DNA of 64,000 bases from Promethearchaeia archaeon. GTDB taxonomy: Archaea; Asgardarchaeota; Lokiarchaeia; Sigyniarchaeales; SOKP01. The position numbers and the translations under genes are program-made. Shown here piece by piece: positions 49,964 through 63,840 of the stretch. The stretch's first letter is position 1. Each line of letters opens with the position of its first letter. Location: assembly GCA_029856045.1 (NCBI GenBank), contig JAHQWG010000016.1, positions 192,001-256,000 on the forward strand, written 5' to 3'. Under the pieces are notes generated by a model. It ran no database searches. It was not told where the DNA came from and worked only from the letters and a program-made list of their open reading frames with translations.

Positions 49964-50680
49964 TCAATTATAACCAGGTTTAATAACCGTACCAATTCCA
50001 GATGGATTTCCATCTAAAATGTTTTTTAGCTGGGTTAAATCCTTCCCCGAAAAAATTCTTACATTTAAATTACTTCTTTTTAATATTTGCAAGGATACAG
50101 CATCAAATATGCGATATTCACCAGCTGCTGCTTGATTATTGCTAGATGATTCCAGAATAAGATTTTGAAGTTCAGTTTTTGTTAATTCATCAAACTTTGT
50201 AGCATCTGGGAATTTCTTTGGATCTTTATTAAAAATGCCTTCAACATCGGTCATAATTAAAAGCTCATCTGCATTTAAAAATTCTGAGACTTCTAATGCA
50301 ACTGAAGTAGTAGATTGACCCGGTTGTAATCCGCCAAGCACCAAAATTTTATTAAATAACATATTTTTTGCTAAATCTTCTATTGTTTCTAATACTATAG
50401 GAAAAGATGCATTTCCCAGTCCTTCAATTATCAATTTAGCATTTAACCTTGAGATGTAAATACCCATTAAATCACATTTTGATTCATTTACGCCAAATTC
50501 CTTGAGTGTTTGAATATATTTTCTAGCAATATTTCCCCCCCCACAAACAATGGCTAAAATATTATCTTTAGATCTGATCAAATCGCAAAACTTTTTAATT
50601 TTTATAGAATTAATATTATCTCCTTTAAATAAAAGGGATCCTCCAATTTTTATAACTCTTTTAAGAGACATTAATTTCAC
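49964..50680 (-). CDS. pyrH: Uridylate kinase
   Basis: KIGGS, CGGGNIARKYI, GG..PGQST, TDVEGIFNKDP. Confidence 0.93.
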   Translation of the reverse strand: MKLMSLKRVIKIGGSLLFKGDNINSIKIKKFCDLIRSKDNILAIVCGGGNIARKYIQTLKEFGVNESKCDLMGIYISRLNAKLIIEGLGNASFPIVLETIEDLAKNMLFNKILVLGGLQPGQSTTSVALEVSEFLNADELLIMTDVEGIFNKDPKKFPDATKFDELTKTELQNLILESSSNNQAAAGEYRIFDAVSLQILKRSNLNVRIFSGKDLTQLKNILDGNPSGIGTVIKPGYN

Positions 50681-50749
50681 AATAACTTATTTAGATTATT
50701 AAAACCTTGTAATATTAATTAGAAAATATATAAAAAAAGCTTTCTATAT

Positions 50750-51709
50750 ATGTCAGTAAATAAATCAGAAATTTTAGTTAAAGTACCTCTCAGAATTTCT
50801 GGGTTTTTTCAAATTGTTGATGAAATTAATGGAGTTAAAATTAAAAACCCAGAGAAAATCGGTTCTCGAGGAGCAGGTTTTTGTTTAACTGCATTTGGAT
50901 ATACAAGAATCTCAATCCAAGATATAGAATCTTCTAAAGAAAATAAAGTTGAAATTTTTATTAATGGACAAGAGCAAACTGAGAATGCACAGACTACATA
51001 CTATATATACTCATATCTAAGGGATTTTTTTAAAAAAAACGTGAAATTGAGAATTGATCACAAATTTGACCTTCCTGTTGGTTGTGGTTATGGAGCAAGC
51101 GGTTCAGGAGCCATTGGTACAGCATTAGGAATTAATTTTCTTATGGATTTAAATTTACCCTATGATGATCTTGGAAAAATTGCTCATATTGCAGAAGTAG
51201 AGAATAAAACTGGATTAGGTACTGTAGCAGGTCTATGGCATGGAGGATTTAGTATAATTTTAAAAGCAGGATTTCCATTTTTTGTAAAAAAAATTTCTTA
51301 TCCTCAAAACTTAAAGATAATATGTGGTACATTTGGTGAAATACAAACCAAATCAATTTTATCAGATCCTTTATTAAGTTCAAAAATAAAAGAGGTTGGA
51401 AAGAAAGCTATGAAAAATATATTAAAATCTCCTGATATTTTCACTTTTTTGGATGAATCCATTAATTTTGTAAAGAAAACAGATTTTTTAAATCTTCTAA
51501 ATCTTTCTGAATGTCAAGAATTAATGAATTCTCTAAATAAACTGAAAAATGTGAAAGCAAGTATGAATCAATTAGGAAAATCAATATTTACTATATGTTT
51601 TCCTGAAGAATTCATTGATATTATTGAAATTTATGAATCCTACAAACCACAAGTTAAAATTTTCGATTTAGAAATAAATCCTAGTGGACCGGTAATTTTA
51701 AATCAGTAA
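50750..51709 (+). CDS. Pantoate kinase (GHMP family)
   Basis: ISGFF, GSRGAG, PVGCGYGASG, AHIAEV...TGLGTV, SMNQLG. Confidence 0.9.
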   Translation: MSVNKSEILVKVPLRISGFFQIVDEINGVKIKNPEKIGSRGAGFCLTAFGYTRISIQDIESSKENKVEIFINGQEQTENAQTTYYIYSYLRDFFKKNVKLRIDHKFDLPVGCGYGASGSGAIGTALGINFLMDLNLPYDDLGKIAHIAEVENKTGLGTVAGLWHGGFSIILKAGFPFFVKKISYPQNLKIICGTFGEIQTKSILSDPLLSSKIKEVGKKAMKNILKSPDIFTFLDESINFVKKTDFLNLLNLSECQELMNSLNKLKNVKASMNQLGKSIFTICFPEEFIDIIEIYESYKPQVKIFDLEINPSGPVILNQ

Positions 51710-51739
51710 TTACTGTAATTTGATTTAAAAATTATATTT

Positions 51740-53011
51740 TTAAAAATCAATTATAAATCTTAATATTCCTACAACCCCACCAAAAGTGTGTAGTATCATC
51801 TCCCCATCTTCTGTGTTTGTAGATATAATTTCAATATTTGTTCCTGAAGTCTCAGCCAATTCGCCTAATTCTTCTATTAATGATTCTTCTTTAGTAATAT
51901 TAAACAAACTAGAATGGCATTTTGGACATGAAGTATTTTGAATTTCTTCCTTTACTTTTTTTAACTTTTCTAATTTCACAGTTCTTGTTTCTGAATATTT
52001 ACATGCCTGGCATTCAATTTTTAAATTAATAAGATCTAAATCCTCTGAGAATATTAAATATTCTAATGATCCATAATTTAAAGCTTTTCTAATCTCCTCT
52101 TCACCATAAACTGCTTTACCTGTTTCTCTTGCTAATTCCCCCAAAAATCTTTGAACAATTTCTTTTTCGCGTATATATTTTACATTTTTAATATCATCTT
52201 TTATTTTTAAAACTAAAGGTCTTATTCCTTCCTTACCACCATAGCCGAGATCAACGGTATTTATAATTTCTTCTCTTAGTCGATAATCTAAACTCCCATC
52301 CTTTACAAATTCATTTTTTGTAAAACCTGGACCACCAATAAAGATCCCTTTTAATTCATCAATATTTAAAAAAACCTCGTTGCAATAATTAGCAACGCGT
52401 CTAATAAATCTTATTTTTCCTTCTTCTATAAGCCGAGAGAATCTTACCGATGATTGACCTCCAGCTCTATGTTTACTATGTGTTCCAGAGGTAAAATCCT
52501 TTAAAATTTTTATATAACTTCCTTTCAAATATCCAACGGCTGCTTCCCCTCTATCAATAACAATCAAACCATATACATCATGTTCCTCTACCATATATTC
52601 TAAAGGTTCTAAAAAAAATTCACTAGCACAATGATACTTGAAGATAGTAACTTTTTCAGGAGGCTCTAATAAATAGATCTCATTTTTTTCCGTACCTGGA
52701 GCATTTCCTTGTGGTATTGCTCCAGAAAACATTATAAATCCATTTTCAGGAATTTCTTTAAAATTTTTTAACTGCCCTTGTAAACTTGCAATGCTATCTA
52801 AAACATTCTTTCGAGTTAATTTTGACTTGATATTTTGACTTTCAGCAATCTCGTTTTTAAGATAATTGGTAACGTCTGAAAGTTTTCGATCATGGGGGAT
52901 GTATAAACTAATTAATTCTGTATGAAAGCCTTTCTTTTTACGTAAAAAATCTAATAATTTTTTTGTCTTAAATCTCTTTAAGTCTTGACTCTTTATTGAT
53001 CTTTCTGACAT
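51740..53011 (-). CDS. prf1: Peptide chain release factor aRF1
   Basis: TELISLYIP, NIKS, YHC, GGQS, GPG..K. Confidence 0.96.
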   Translation of the reverse strand: MSERSIKSQDLKRFKTKKLLDFLRKKKGFHTELISLYIPHDRKLSDVTNYLKNEIAESQNIKSKLTRKNVLDSIASLQGQLKNFKEIPENGFIMFSGAIPQGNAPGTEKNEIYLLEPPEKVTIFKYHCASEFFLEPLEYMVEEHDVYGLIVIDRGEAAVGYLKGSYIKILKDFTSGTHSKHRAGGQSSVRFSRLIEEGKIRFIRRVANYCNEVFLNIDELKGIFIGGPGFTKNEFVKDGSLDYRLREEIINTVDLGYGGKEGIRPLVLKIKDDIKNVKYIREKEIVQRFLGELARETGKAVYGEEEIRKALNYGSLEYLIFSEDLDLINLKIECQACKYSETRTVKLEKLKKVKEEIQNTSCPKCHSSLFNITKEESLIEELGELAETSGTNIEIISTNTEDGEMILHTFGGVVGILRFIIDF

Positions 53012-53078
53012 TTAATAACCTTACTAAAAAAATATCTGTAATAAAATTAATATTTTTTTATATTTTATTATATTTAAG

Positions 53079-53882
53079 ATGAACCAACCGAATGAAGATA
53101 TTGACTTCATCCCAGATTCACATCCTCGTGCAAAATCTCTTAGAGAAAGACACAAAATAATAAAAGGAATGAAAAATTCAGTAGTTGCAGAAGCCGGATT
53201 AATTGCTCATGGTAGAGGTGAAGCTTTTGATTACATTCTTGGAGAAAAAACAAATCCACCGGCGGTAAAAGCAATGAATGCTGCTATAGCTATGTTAATA
53301 CTTGCAAAAAATCCTATAATAAGTGTAAATGGAAATACAGCAGTATTAATTTCTAAGGAATTAGTTAAGTTATCCAAAATGCTCAATTCTAAATTAGAAA
53401 TAAATTTATTTTATCGAAAAGAAGGACGAGTTGAAGCGATTAAAAATATGTTAGTAAAGGCAGGTGCAGAAGAAATTTTAGGAATAAACGAAACCGAAAT
53501 GGTCGAGATTGAAGAATTGATGAGTAATCGTAGAAGAGTTGACCCTAATGGAATAAAAATCGCAGATGTGGTATTTGTTCCCTTAGAAGATGGTGATAGA
53601 ACAGAAGCATTGAAGAAATTAGGAAAAAAAGTGATTGCAGTTGATCTTAATCCATTAAGTCGAACATCCATTAATGCTGATATAACTATTGTAGATAACA
53701 TAATCCGAGTAGTACCTAAAATGATTGAGATCGCCAAGAAATTAAAGGAGTATACCAAAAAAAGATTAAATGAAATAATATTAAAATTTAATAATAAAAA
53801 AAATATTAACACTATGTTAAATTTAATAAAAGAATATCTAGAAAAACAAAAAGAAGATACTTTCAAAATATTAGAGTATTAG
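53079..53882 (+). CDS. 4-phosphopantoate--beta-alanine ligase (PPS)
   Basis: SHPRA.SL..R, GLIAHGRGEAFDY, SVNGN, VPLEDGDR, DLNPLSRT. Confidence 0.94.
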   Translation: MNQPNEDIDFIPDSHPRAKSLRERHKIIKGMKNSVVAEAGLIAHGRGEAFDYILGEKTNPPAVKAMNAAIAMLILAKNPIISVNGNTAVLISKELVKLSKMLNSKLEINLFYRKEGRVEAIKNMLVKAGAEEILGINETEMVEIEELMSNRRRVDPNGIKIADVVFVPLEDGDRTEALKKLGKKVIAVDLNPLSRTSINADITIVDNIIRVVPKMIEIAKKLKEYTKKRLNEIILKFNNKKNINTMLNLIKEYLEKQKEDTFKILEY

Positions 53883-53968
53883 CCTAATATTATGGAAATA
53901 AAAAAAAAATCATTATTTAAATTAAAAAAAAAATTTATATCTAGTAAATCTTTAAATATATTAAGAAC

Positions 53969-54517
53969 ATGGTTATTGATAATAAATTTTATTTGCACAC
54001 ATTATATCACGATAAAGAAGATAACTTCTTTGAAGTAGTTCCATGTCAAATAAATGATATAAATAAAGTAGAAAAAATAAATAAGGAGACATTACCAGAA
54101 AATTATCCTTATTTTTTCTATAAAAGTATTTTAGACTCATTTTCGAATACCTTTTTAGTAGCTAAGTTAAAAGGAGAGATAAATAAAATCATTGGATATA
54201 TTATGTGGCGTATCGAAAAAGGAATTTCTAATTTTGGACTTAAGGTTGTAAGGAAAGGACATTTAGTTTCTATAGCAGTTGACAAAAAATTTCAAGGAAG
54301 AGGAGTCGGAACGGTATTATTAGCAAAAAGTTTACTTCAAGTAAAAAAATTTGATGTTCAAGAATTTGTTCTTGAAGTGAGATTATCAAACTTTAAAGCC
54401 ATAAATCTTTATCAGAGAAAACTACATTTTGAAAAACAAAGAATATTAAAAAATTATTACAAAGATGGGGAAAACGCATACTTTATGGCTCTTCAAGCAG
54501 ATTTAATTGAAGAATAA
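53969..54517 (+). CDS. Ard1/RimI-type N-terminal acetyltransferase
   Basis: LPENYPY.F, GHLVSIAV, LEVRLSN..AI.LY, YYKDGENA. Confidence 0.9.
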   Translation: MVIDNKFYLHTLYHDKEDNFFEVVPCQINDINKVEKINKETLPENYPYFFYKSILDSFSNTFLVAKLKGEINKIIGYIMWRIEKGISNFGLKVVRKGHLVSIAVDKKFQGRGVGTVLLAKSLLQVKKFDVQEFVLEVRLSNFKAINLYQRKLHFEKQRILKNYYKDGENAYFMALQADLIEE

Positions 54518-54525
54518 ATTAATAA

Positions 54526-55551
54526 TTAATCATTAGCTTTTTCTAATCCATGAATCAAATATGACACAACTTCATTAATACTAACATCCACACCCAATTG
54601 TTTTCCATAAGATACTATTTTTTCATTAATAAAAGAGATTTCAGTTTTATTCTTACCACTTAAGATATCCTGAAGCATAGAATTTTTATTCATTGCAGTT
54701 TTTTTAGCAATCTCTAACATAATTTTAACATAATTTTTTGCCTTAAGTTCAATCCCCTTTTTCTTAGCGACTTTCACTGCTTCTATAACGGCTCGTTCCA
54801 TAATATCCCTTAACCCTTTAATTTTAAGTAAATCTCCATTTCTTAAACCAGTTAAAGCTCCAAATGAATTAATTCCAACATTGATAAAAATCTTTTCCCA
54901 ACAGACACTTTCTATATTATCAACTATTTCTGTTTCTAAATTAGCTAAACTTAGAATAGTTTTCAAGGTTTCAAGGTTTTTCTTATCTTCTTTATTTATT
55001 TTAACCGTTTCTTTTTCCGAATTCTCTATTTTTATAAAACCAATTTTGGTGATACCTTCCCCTGTACGCATTACATAGCCATCTCTTTCCATTAATGCAC
55101 CATTACTTGTGACTGCTCTCAAAATTTTAAGATGTGAGATTTTTTTTTTAACTATTTCTTCGTTTCCTATCCCATTTTGAAGTATTATAAAATATTTAGA
55201 ATTTTTTATAATCTCATAATATTCATCTATTACAGATTCAAGATCATAAGTTTTAGTTGTTAAAAAGAGATACTGAAATGGAAATTTATCATCAATATTT
55301 AGATGATTTGGATATTTTGGTTTAGTATAAATATTTAGGTTTAATAGGTTCTCTTTTTTACCGTCTTGTTCGATTATTAAACCATGATCTCTAATTGCTT
55401 TTTTATATCTTTCACGTGTATATAAATACACATTTATTGTGACATTATTATATTTTACTTTAGAAATATTCCCTCCGAAAAGACATCCAATTGCTCCAGC
55501 TCCAATAATTCCAATATTAATACCATCTGTCATGAAAAACAGTCTTTCCAA
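54526..55551 (-). CDS. panE: 2-dehydropantoate 2-reductase
   Basis: IGAGAIG, TK, LQNGIG, WEK...N, SMLQD, TEI..IN. Confidence 0.92.
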   Translation of the reverse strand: MERLFFMTDGINIGIIGAGAIGCLFGGNISKVKYNNVTINVYLYTRERYKKAIRDHGLIIEQDGKKENLLNLNIYTKPKYPNHLNIDDKFPFQYLFLTTKTYDLESVIDEYYEIIKNSKYFIILQNGIGNEEIVKKKISHLKILRAVTSNGALMERDGYVMRTGEGITKIGFIKIENSEKETVKINKEDKKNLETLKTILSLANLETEIVDNIESVCWEKIFINVGINSFGALTGLRNGDLLKIKGLRDIMERAVIEAVKVAKKKGIELKAKNYVKIMLEIAKKTAMNKNSMLQDILSGKNKTEISFINEKIVSYGKQLGVDVSINEVVSYLIHGLEKAND

Positions 55552-55570
55552 CTTTTATAATCTTTTTTTT

Positions 55571-56431
55571 TTAAAAAAATTTCTCTAAATCTGTTTGACT
55601 TTTAGGAATAGCTCCTGATTTTTTTTTAATTTTAGTCAATTTAATACTCCCGAGAGAATTTCTGGGATTAATTTTCAGCTCCTTCATAAATACCAATGAA
55701 TTTTTAGGTGCATATCCTGAAAAGTGGTTATTAAAATAAATACCAATTTGTTTAACCTTGCCAAATAATTTCTTAATTTCTTTAGCCCATTTTTCAATCT
55801 CTGTATTCGAAAAATTATAATTAAACCATGGTTTAGTCCCATATCCATGAAATCTAATATAAGACAAATTTGGATTTGTTATATCCATTCTAGGAGGTAA
55901 AAGTGGTTCTATCACTCCACAATAGGTTATTTGGTTTTCTTTTAAAAATGAAAAAATTTCATCATCCATCCAAGATTTATGCCTAAATTCGATTACTCGT
56001 TCGTATTTTTCTGAACGATTCCAATACTCAATAAAATCTTTTAAATCTTTAAAATTATCCTCTTTATTAAATGAAGGGGGTAATTGTAATAAAAGTGCTA
56101 AAAGTCTATTTGAATCAATTAATGGTTCTATAACATCTAAAAATTTTTTTAATATAGATGAACATTTATCCAAATTTAACTTAAATTGATGTGTAACGTC
56201 TCGGGGAATTTTTGCAGAAAAAATAAAATCATCAGGTGTATTTTTAACCCATTTTTTGATTGTTTTTTGAAGGGGGATTTGATAAAACGTAGTATTAATT
56301 TCAGTTGTATAATATATTTCAGAATAATATAATAAAAACTCATTTGGTTCTAATATACGAGGATAAAAAACCCCTTTCCATTCTGAGTAACCCCATCCTG
56401 AAGTTCCAACATAAATTTTGTCCATAATCAT
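55571..56431 (-). CDS. DUF72 family protein
   Basis: GTSGWGY..W...FYP, EINTTFY, QLPPSF, EFRH.SW, YIRFHG, YFNN. Confidence 0.92.
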   Translation of the reverse strand: MIMDKIYVGTSGWGYSEWKGVFYPRILEPNEFLLYYSEIYYTTEINTTFYQIPLQKTIKKWVKNTPDDFIFSAKIPRDVTHQFKLNLDKCSSILKKFLDVIEPLIDSNRLLALLLQLPPSFNKEDNFKDLKDFIEYWNRSEKYERVIEFRHKSWMDDEIFSFLKENQITYCGVIEPLLPPRMDITNPNLSYIRFHGYGTKPWFNYNFSNTEIEKWAKEIKKLFGKVKQIGIYFNNHFSGYAPKNSLVFMKELKINPRNSLGSIKLTKIKKKSGAIPKSQTDLEKFF

Positions 56432-56531
56432 TAAAACCTAATTAATATTTATTATCTCTTTAAGAATATAAAAAACATAAAATTTATAATTTCAAAGATC
56501 TTTTAATACTATGTTAGTATTAAATTTATAA

Positions 56532-56895
56532 GTTATTGGGAGCAAACTATTTCATCCTCGCCCCAAAAAGGGATGCAATATCCTAATAACTAGCACAAAT
56601 ATCATGGAAGAAAATCAAAAATCTCGGGGCATTTGATTTATCGGGAAATGATGTTTAAGCTAGGCACAAGGAATTTAAAATTTTTATAATTACATAATAA
56701 TTAACTTGGAAATACACTTTAGAATATTAAGAATTTTGATAATTATTGATTTTTTTAACTCCAAGCTTTCCATATATCTCTTAATCTTGTGCTCATAGGA
56801 ATATATTCTTCCAAACAGGTAATCGTCTTAGGTATTAAAAATATTTAAGAAATTAAATAAAACAAACTAATCCTAAATATAAGCACTCTAAATCT
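56532..56895 (+). other. Structured 5' leader and 5' arm of the 23S processing stem
   Basis: Nested inverted repeats; 56796-56814 pairs with 60126-60144; 56867-56895 pairs with 60075-60103, forming a BHB. Confidence 0.7.
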
Positions 56896-56907
56896 TCCTC
56901 TGAGTAT

Positions 56908-60059
<3,152 letters not shown>

Positions 60060-60370
60060 TGAAAGGTGGATCATAGATTTAGGCTTAGAATATTTAGGAT
60101 TAGAAATGGTGTAAAGATGATTCTGTTGGAAGAATATATTCCTAAATTTATTTTTTATTTCTATTTTAGTATTCCAATAATCATCTTTTTTCCAAAAAAT
60201 TTAATTATAATCCCAAAATAATTGTTCTAAATAATAAATTTCAAGAAAACATCAAATTTTTTTAAGTAATATCATAAATGCCAACCGACAAAAAACTTTT
60301 ATACTAATCTTTTGGGGACATTTCAATATTATAATAGGAAAAATTAGAAATAATTGAGGATTCAATTTTT

Positions 60371-61135
60371 ATGGCAGATGTTCACAATAAAAGTTTTTTT
60401 GGTCAAAAGGTTGGAATGATATTATCTAGTAGATCGAAAACAGATCCATTTATCTTTCTTAAGTTTCTGAAGAAAAAGGCAAATAATGAATGGGAAAAAC
60501 CATCAAAGGGAGAAGGAAAGACAATAAAAATCTCAATCGAAGAAATGATTACAATTATAAGCGTACTTTACAGGAAACTTCCTAAATGGAGTGGTTTTCA
60601 TTCATTTAAACAAGGGAAGACTTCAATAAACTTTAATTGGGATGAAAAGGATGAATTATTGTGGATTAGAGTTGATGAATATGCAAAAAGTTTAAGATTT
60701 CCACAAACTGAATTTTTAAAATTATTAATTGAACATTTAATAAAAGAAAAAATTTCATTTGCAACTTCTGGAAATACGACTTTAAACAAAAAAGAATCAT
60801 CAGATAAGAATTCTGAAGATTATCATGAATCTTTTGAAAGTCAATCTTTTTTTGAAAATATTAATGATTTAAATAATAACGAAAACAAGAAAGCTACTGT
60901 CGAGCAATACATGATTAATGGCAATAATGATAAAAAAAAGAATACTCCTAAACAAATAATTAAAGCAAGAGTTAAAAAAGTGACAGATAAAGCAGTGTTA
61001 CTTATATTTGTGAATGGAAAAGAAGTTTGGCTCCCCAAGAGTACAATTTATTGCGATTTCGATCCCAAATTAAATACACATGAGCAAGAGTTTCTTATTG
61101 AAAATTGGATTTTGGAGAAAAATCTTATCGTTTAA
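60371..61135 (+). CDS. Hypothetical protein (two domains)
   Basis: Long ORF; C-terminal TDKAVLL...EVWLPKS small beta domain after an Asn/Ser-rich linker. Confidence 0.65.
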   Translation: MADVHNKSFFGQKVGMILSSRSKTDPFIFLKFLKKKANNEWEKPSKGEGKTIKISIEEMITIISVLYRKLPKWSGFHSFKQGKTSINFNWDEKDELLWIRVDEYAKSLRFPQTEFLKLLIEHLIKEKISFATSGNTTLNKKESSDKNSEDYHESFESQSFFENINDLNNNENKKATVEQYMINGNNDKKKNTPKQIIKARVKKVTDKAVLLIFVNGKEVWLPKSTIYCDFDPKLNTHEQEFLIENWILEKNLIV

Positions 61136-61181
61136 TAATTAAATCAAAATCTTTTTTTTTTTAATTTGCAATACATTATTT

Positions 61182-61976
61182 ATGAAGAAATTAGTTTGTC
61201 TCAAACCATCTCAAAGTAAAAGATTAATTGCGATATTAATAGCACGTCTTCCAATGATTCAAGAAAAAATGCAAAAGGGAAATATTTTTGTAACAAAAGG
61301 AACAACTCAAGGATATATACTAGAGGAGTTAATAAAAATTTCAAAGAGTGAATATTCTTTTAAAAAACCCGATTTTGTTGCAGGACAAATAATTCCAACT
61401 GAAGATCATAACGGTATTGGATCACTTTCAGTAAATCCCATATCATGGCCAGAAATTCATTTTAAAGATGGGGAAATAAGGGAAGCTACAGATCGTGTAA
61501 AATGTATTCAACGTTTCAAGAAAGGAGATATTATCCTCAAAGGTGGTAATGCATTAGATTATAATGGTCTAGTTGGTGTGTTTTTAGGAAGTAAAACTGG
61601 AGGATCAATTGGAAGCCTAATAGGATTAATAAAAGCACTCGGACTGAAACTTTTAATTCCAATAACACTTGAAAAATTAATAGATGGTGATGTTGTTGAA
61701 TTATCTGAAATTTTGGGTATGCACGAGATTGATGATCCAGGAAAAAACAGTCTAAAAATTGGTATGATGCCAATATCTGGTACAATAATGAATGAAGTCA
61801 CTGTTTTGGAGTCAATTTTTAATATTAATGCTTATCATGTAGGGAGTGGTGGAGTAGGAGGAATGGAAGGCGCAATCACTTTATTACTTGAAGGAAGTGA
61901 AAGTATAATCGAAGAAATTTCAATTATTTTAGAAAAATTAGAGAATGAGCCAGATTTTAAACCAAATCGACCTTAA
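61182..61976 (+). CDS. Conserved hypothetical protein
   Basis: P..SKRLIA, GTT.GY, KGGNALD, GGSIG, LEKLI, GSGGVGGMEGA. Confidence 0.7.
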   Translation: MKKLVCLKPSQSKRLIAILIARLPMIQEKMQKGNIFVTKGTTQGYILEELIKISKSEYSFKKPDFVAGQIIPTEDHNGIGSLSVNPISWPEIHFKDGEIREATDRVKCIQRFKKGDIILKGGNALDYNGLVGVFLGSKTGGSIGSLIGLIKALGLKLLIPITLEKLIDGDVVELSEILGMHEIDDPGKNSLKIGMMPISGTIMNEVTVLESIFNINAYHVGSGGVGGMEGAITLLLEGSESIIEEISIILEKLENEPDFKPNRP

Positions 61977-62064
61977 ATACAGCAAATTTTTATTTCTTTT
62001 TTTTTCTAAGTTTACTTCAACAAACATCTAAAAAAAAAAGGACTTTATAATTGTAGCTATAGAT

Positions 62065-62580
62065 TTGATAATAATTTTGTCAATAACAGAAAACTTAGAT
62101 CATTCTAATTGGTGGGAGGCCGTATTTTTTAATCAAAAAGTAAAGGTTAGAAGTATTATTAGAAATGAAGAAATAGAATATATGAAATTTTTTATGTCTA
62201 AAACCAAAATATATTGTCAAAATATAATTCATTATAAAAATTATATCTTTTTTTTTGTTAAGCCTTATCTTTTTCAGAAAGCAAATAAATATTTAGCACA
62301 ATTAAGATATGCTCTGATCGGAAAAAAGGTTCTTATTATTAAACAAAAAAGACGAATTATTGATTTAATTTATACTTTCTTTCCAAATGTAAATATTCGA
62401 AAACTAGAATTATTAATAAAAAACAATACTGGAGACTTAGAATTGCTCATATTTATCCCCCACTTTAAAGAGAGAGGCATTGCTGTTGGCAAAGCAGGAA
62501 ATTATATAAAAATTGTTAATGAGATATTTGAAGAATTTATTTACCCAGTTAAAATCTCTTGTTTATATTTAAGGGAATAG
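62065..62580 (+). CDS. NusA-like KH-domain protein
   Basis: RGIAVGKAGNYIK KH GxxG loop; size and layout resemble archaeal NusA. Confidence 0.6.
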   Translation: MIIILSITENLDHSNWWEAVFFNQKVKVRSIIRNEEIEYMKFFMSKTKIYCQNIIHYKNYIFFFVKPYLFQKANKYLAQLRYALIGKKVLIIKQKRRIIDLIYTFFPNVNIRKLELLIKNNTGDLELLIFIPHFKERGIAVGKAGNYIKIVNEIFEEFIYPVKISCLYLRE

Positions 62581-62599
62581 AAATTTTTTTACAAAGCGT

Positions 62600-63388
62600 T
62601 TACCAAGGAACGTTCTTTAAACCGATTAAATAAGCTATTGTATTGGCTAATATTGCTACAGATGGAGTTAAGATAAGTAAAAAACTTATTATTAAAATAT
62701 CTAACGGCAAAAAGATTTCTGGCAAAATAAACGAAGGAATAGACGCCATAATCATAGCAAAAATCGCAAAATCAAGTTGGTCTATAATCCATAATGGATT
62801 TCCTCTACTGACATTTAATCTTCTTTTAATAAAAGAACCAATTAAATCTCCAAAAGCTGCACCATAAGCACACAAAAAAATTCTTATAATTATAGTTAAA
62901 TAACCAAAAATTAAATTATCATCAGGTCTAACACCAATAAAATAATATCTATAATAAATCATACTATTATAATATTTATATACACCATTAGCAATTCCTT
63001 CAGAAGGAATGGGCTCAATAAAAGCCCATAAAACAATAAAAAGAAGAAAGATTGCTGCAGAAATTGGAATTCCTATTAAAATTGGTCCTCTAATAAATCC
63101 CTTCCAAGTTTTTCCAGGTCCAAAAATTCGTCTTCCATCAATAAAATTTTTTCCTCCATCAATTGGCTTTCCTCCGCCTATTAAAACCATGCCTGCATTT
63201 GCTAAATAAGCGGGAACTATAAATAATAAAGAAAAAATTAATAATGCAACCCAATCAGTCCATGAAAAAATTAATGAAATTATTAAAAAATCGATAAAAA
63301 TTAAAAAAATGCACACTAAAGCAAGTATAAATGCGATTTTCTTGTTTATTTTTTCCTTCTCATTTAGTTCATTTCTTTTATTTCGCAT
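62600..63388 (-). CDS. carS: CDP-archaeol synthase
   Basis: PAYLANA, PIDGG..F.DGRRIFG.GKTW.G, GDLIGSFIKRR, DQLDF, LK.VPW. Confidence 0.93.
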   Translation of the reverse strand: MRNKRNELNEKEKINKKIAFILALVCIFLIFIDFLIISLIFSWTDWVALLIFSLLFIVPAYLANAGMVLIGGGKPIDGGKNFIDGRRIFGPGKTWKGFIRGPILIGIPISAAIFLLFIVLWAFIEPIPSEGIANGVYKYYNSMIYYRYYFIGVRPDDNLIFGYLTIIIRIFLCAYGAAFGDLIGSFIKRRLNVSRGNPLWIIDQLDFAIFAMIMASIPSFILPEIFLPLDILIISFLLILTPSVAILANTIAYLIGLKNVPW

Positions 63389-63608
63389 AAAATTACTTCT
63401 ATGAGATGATTGATTAAATTTAATTTAATATTAATAAATGTTTTAATTAACATAAATTAATAAATTGTCAATATTGAAAAATATCAAATAATTTTCGATT
63501 TAATATTTCTTTTGTTAATTACATAATCGTTGTTTAATAATATCTCTTTATAACCAATTGCCGACAAAAATATAATTATTGTTTATTGATAATTCTTTCT
63601 TACTAAAT

Positions 63609-63804
63609 ATTTCCTTTGGAGTAAAAAACAAAAATTAAAATTCATTAAGATTTCACGATTTTGGAAAATAATAATCAATTAATAAAAAATATTAAAAATC
63701 TATTAAAAGATATTAATGAGTTCTTAATTTTTTTTTGATTAATAGGAAGATTTAAATATTCTCTCCAGATGAAATTTTTTATTGAGCTTAATTTCAACTG
63801 GAAC
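63609..63804. promoter_or_regulatory. ORB/mini-ORB-like Cdc6/Orc1 binding sites; probable replication origin
   Basis: ACTCCAAAGGAAAT (-, 63609-63622), TCCAGATGAAAT (+, 63764-63775), GTTCCAGTTGAAAT (-, 63791-63804) in the AT-rich intergenic region upstream of cdc6. Confidence 0.65.
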
Positions 63805-63840
63805 TCAATCTTAGAATTTATATTAGCTAGGGGAAAAGTT

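Noticed and set aside
49729-50013. 94-aa ORF on the minus strand
   Set aside because: Overlaps pyrH and the DUF2116 gene in another frame
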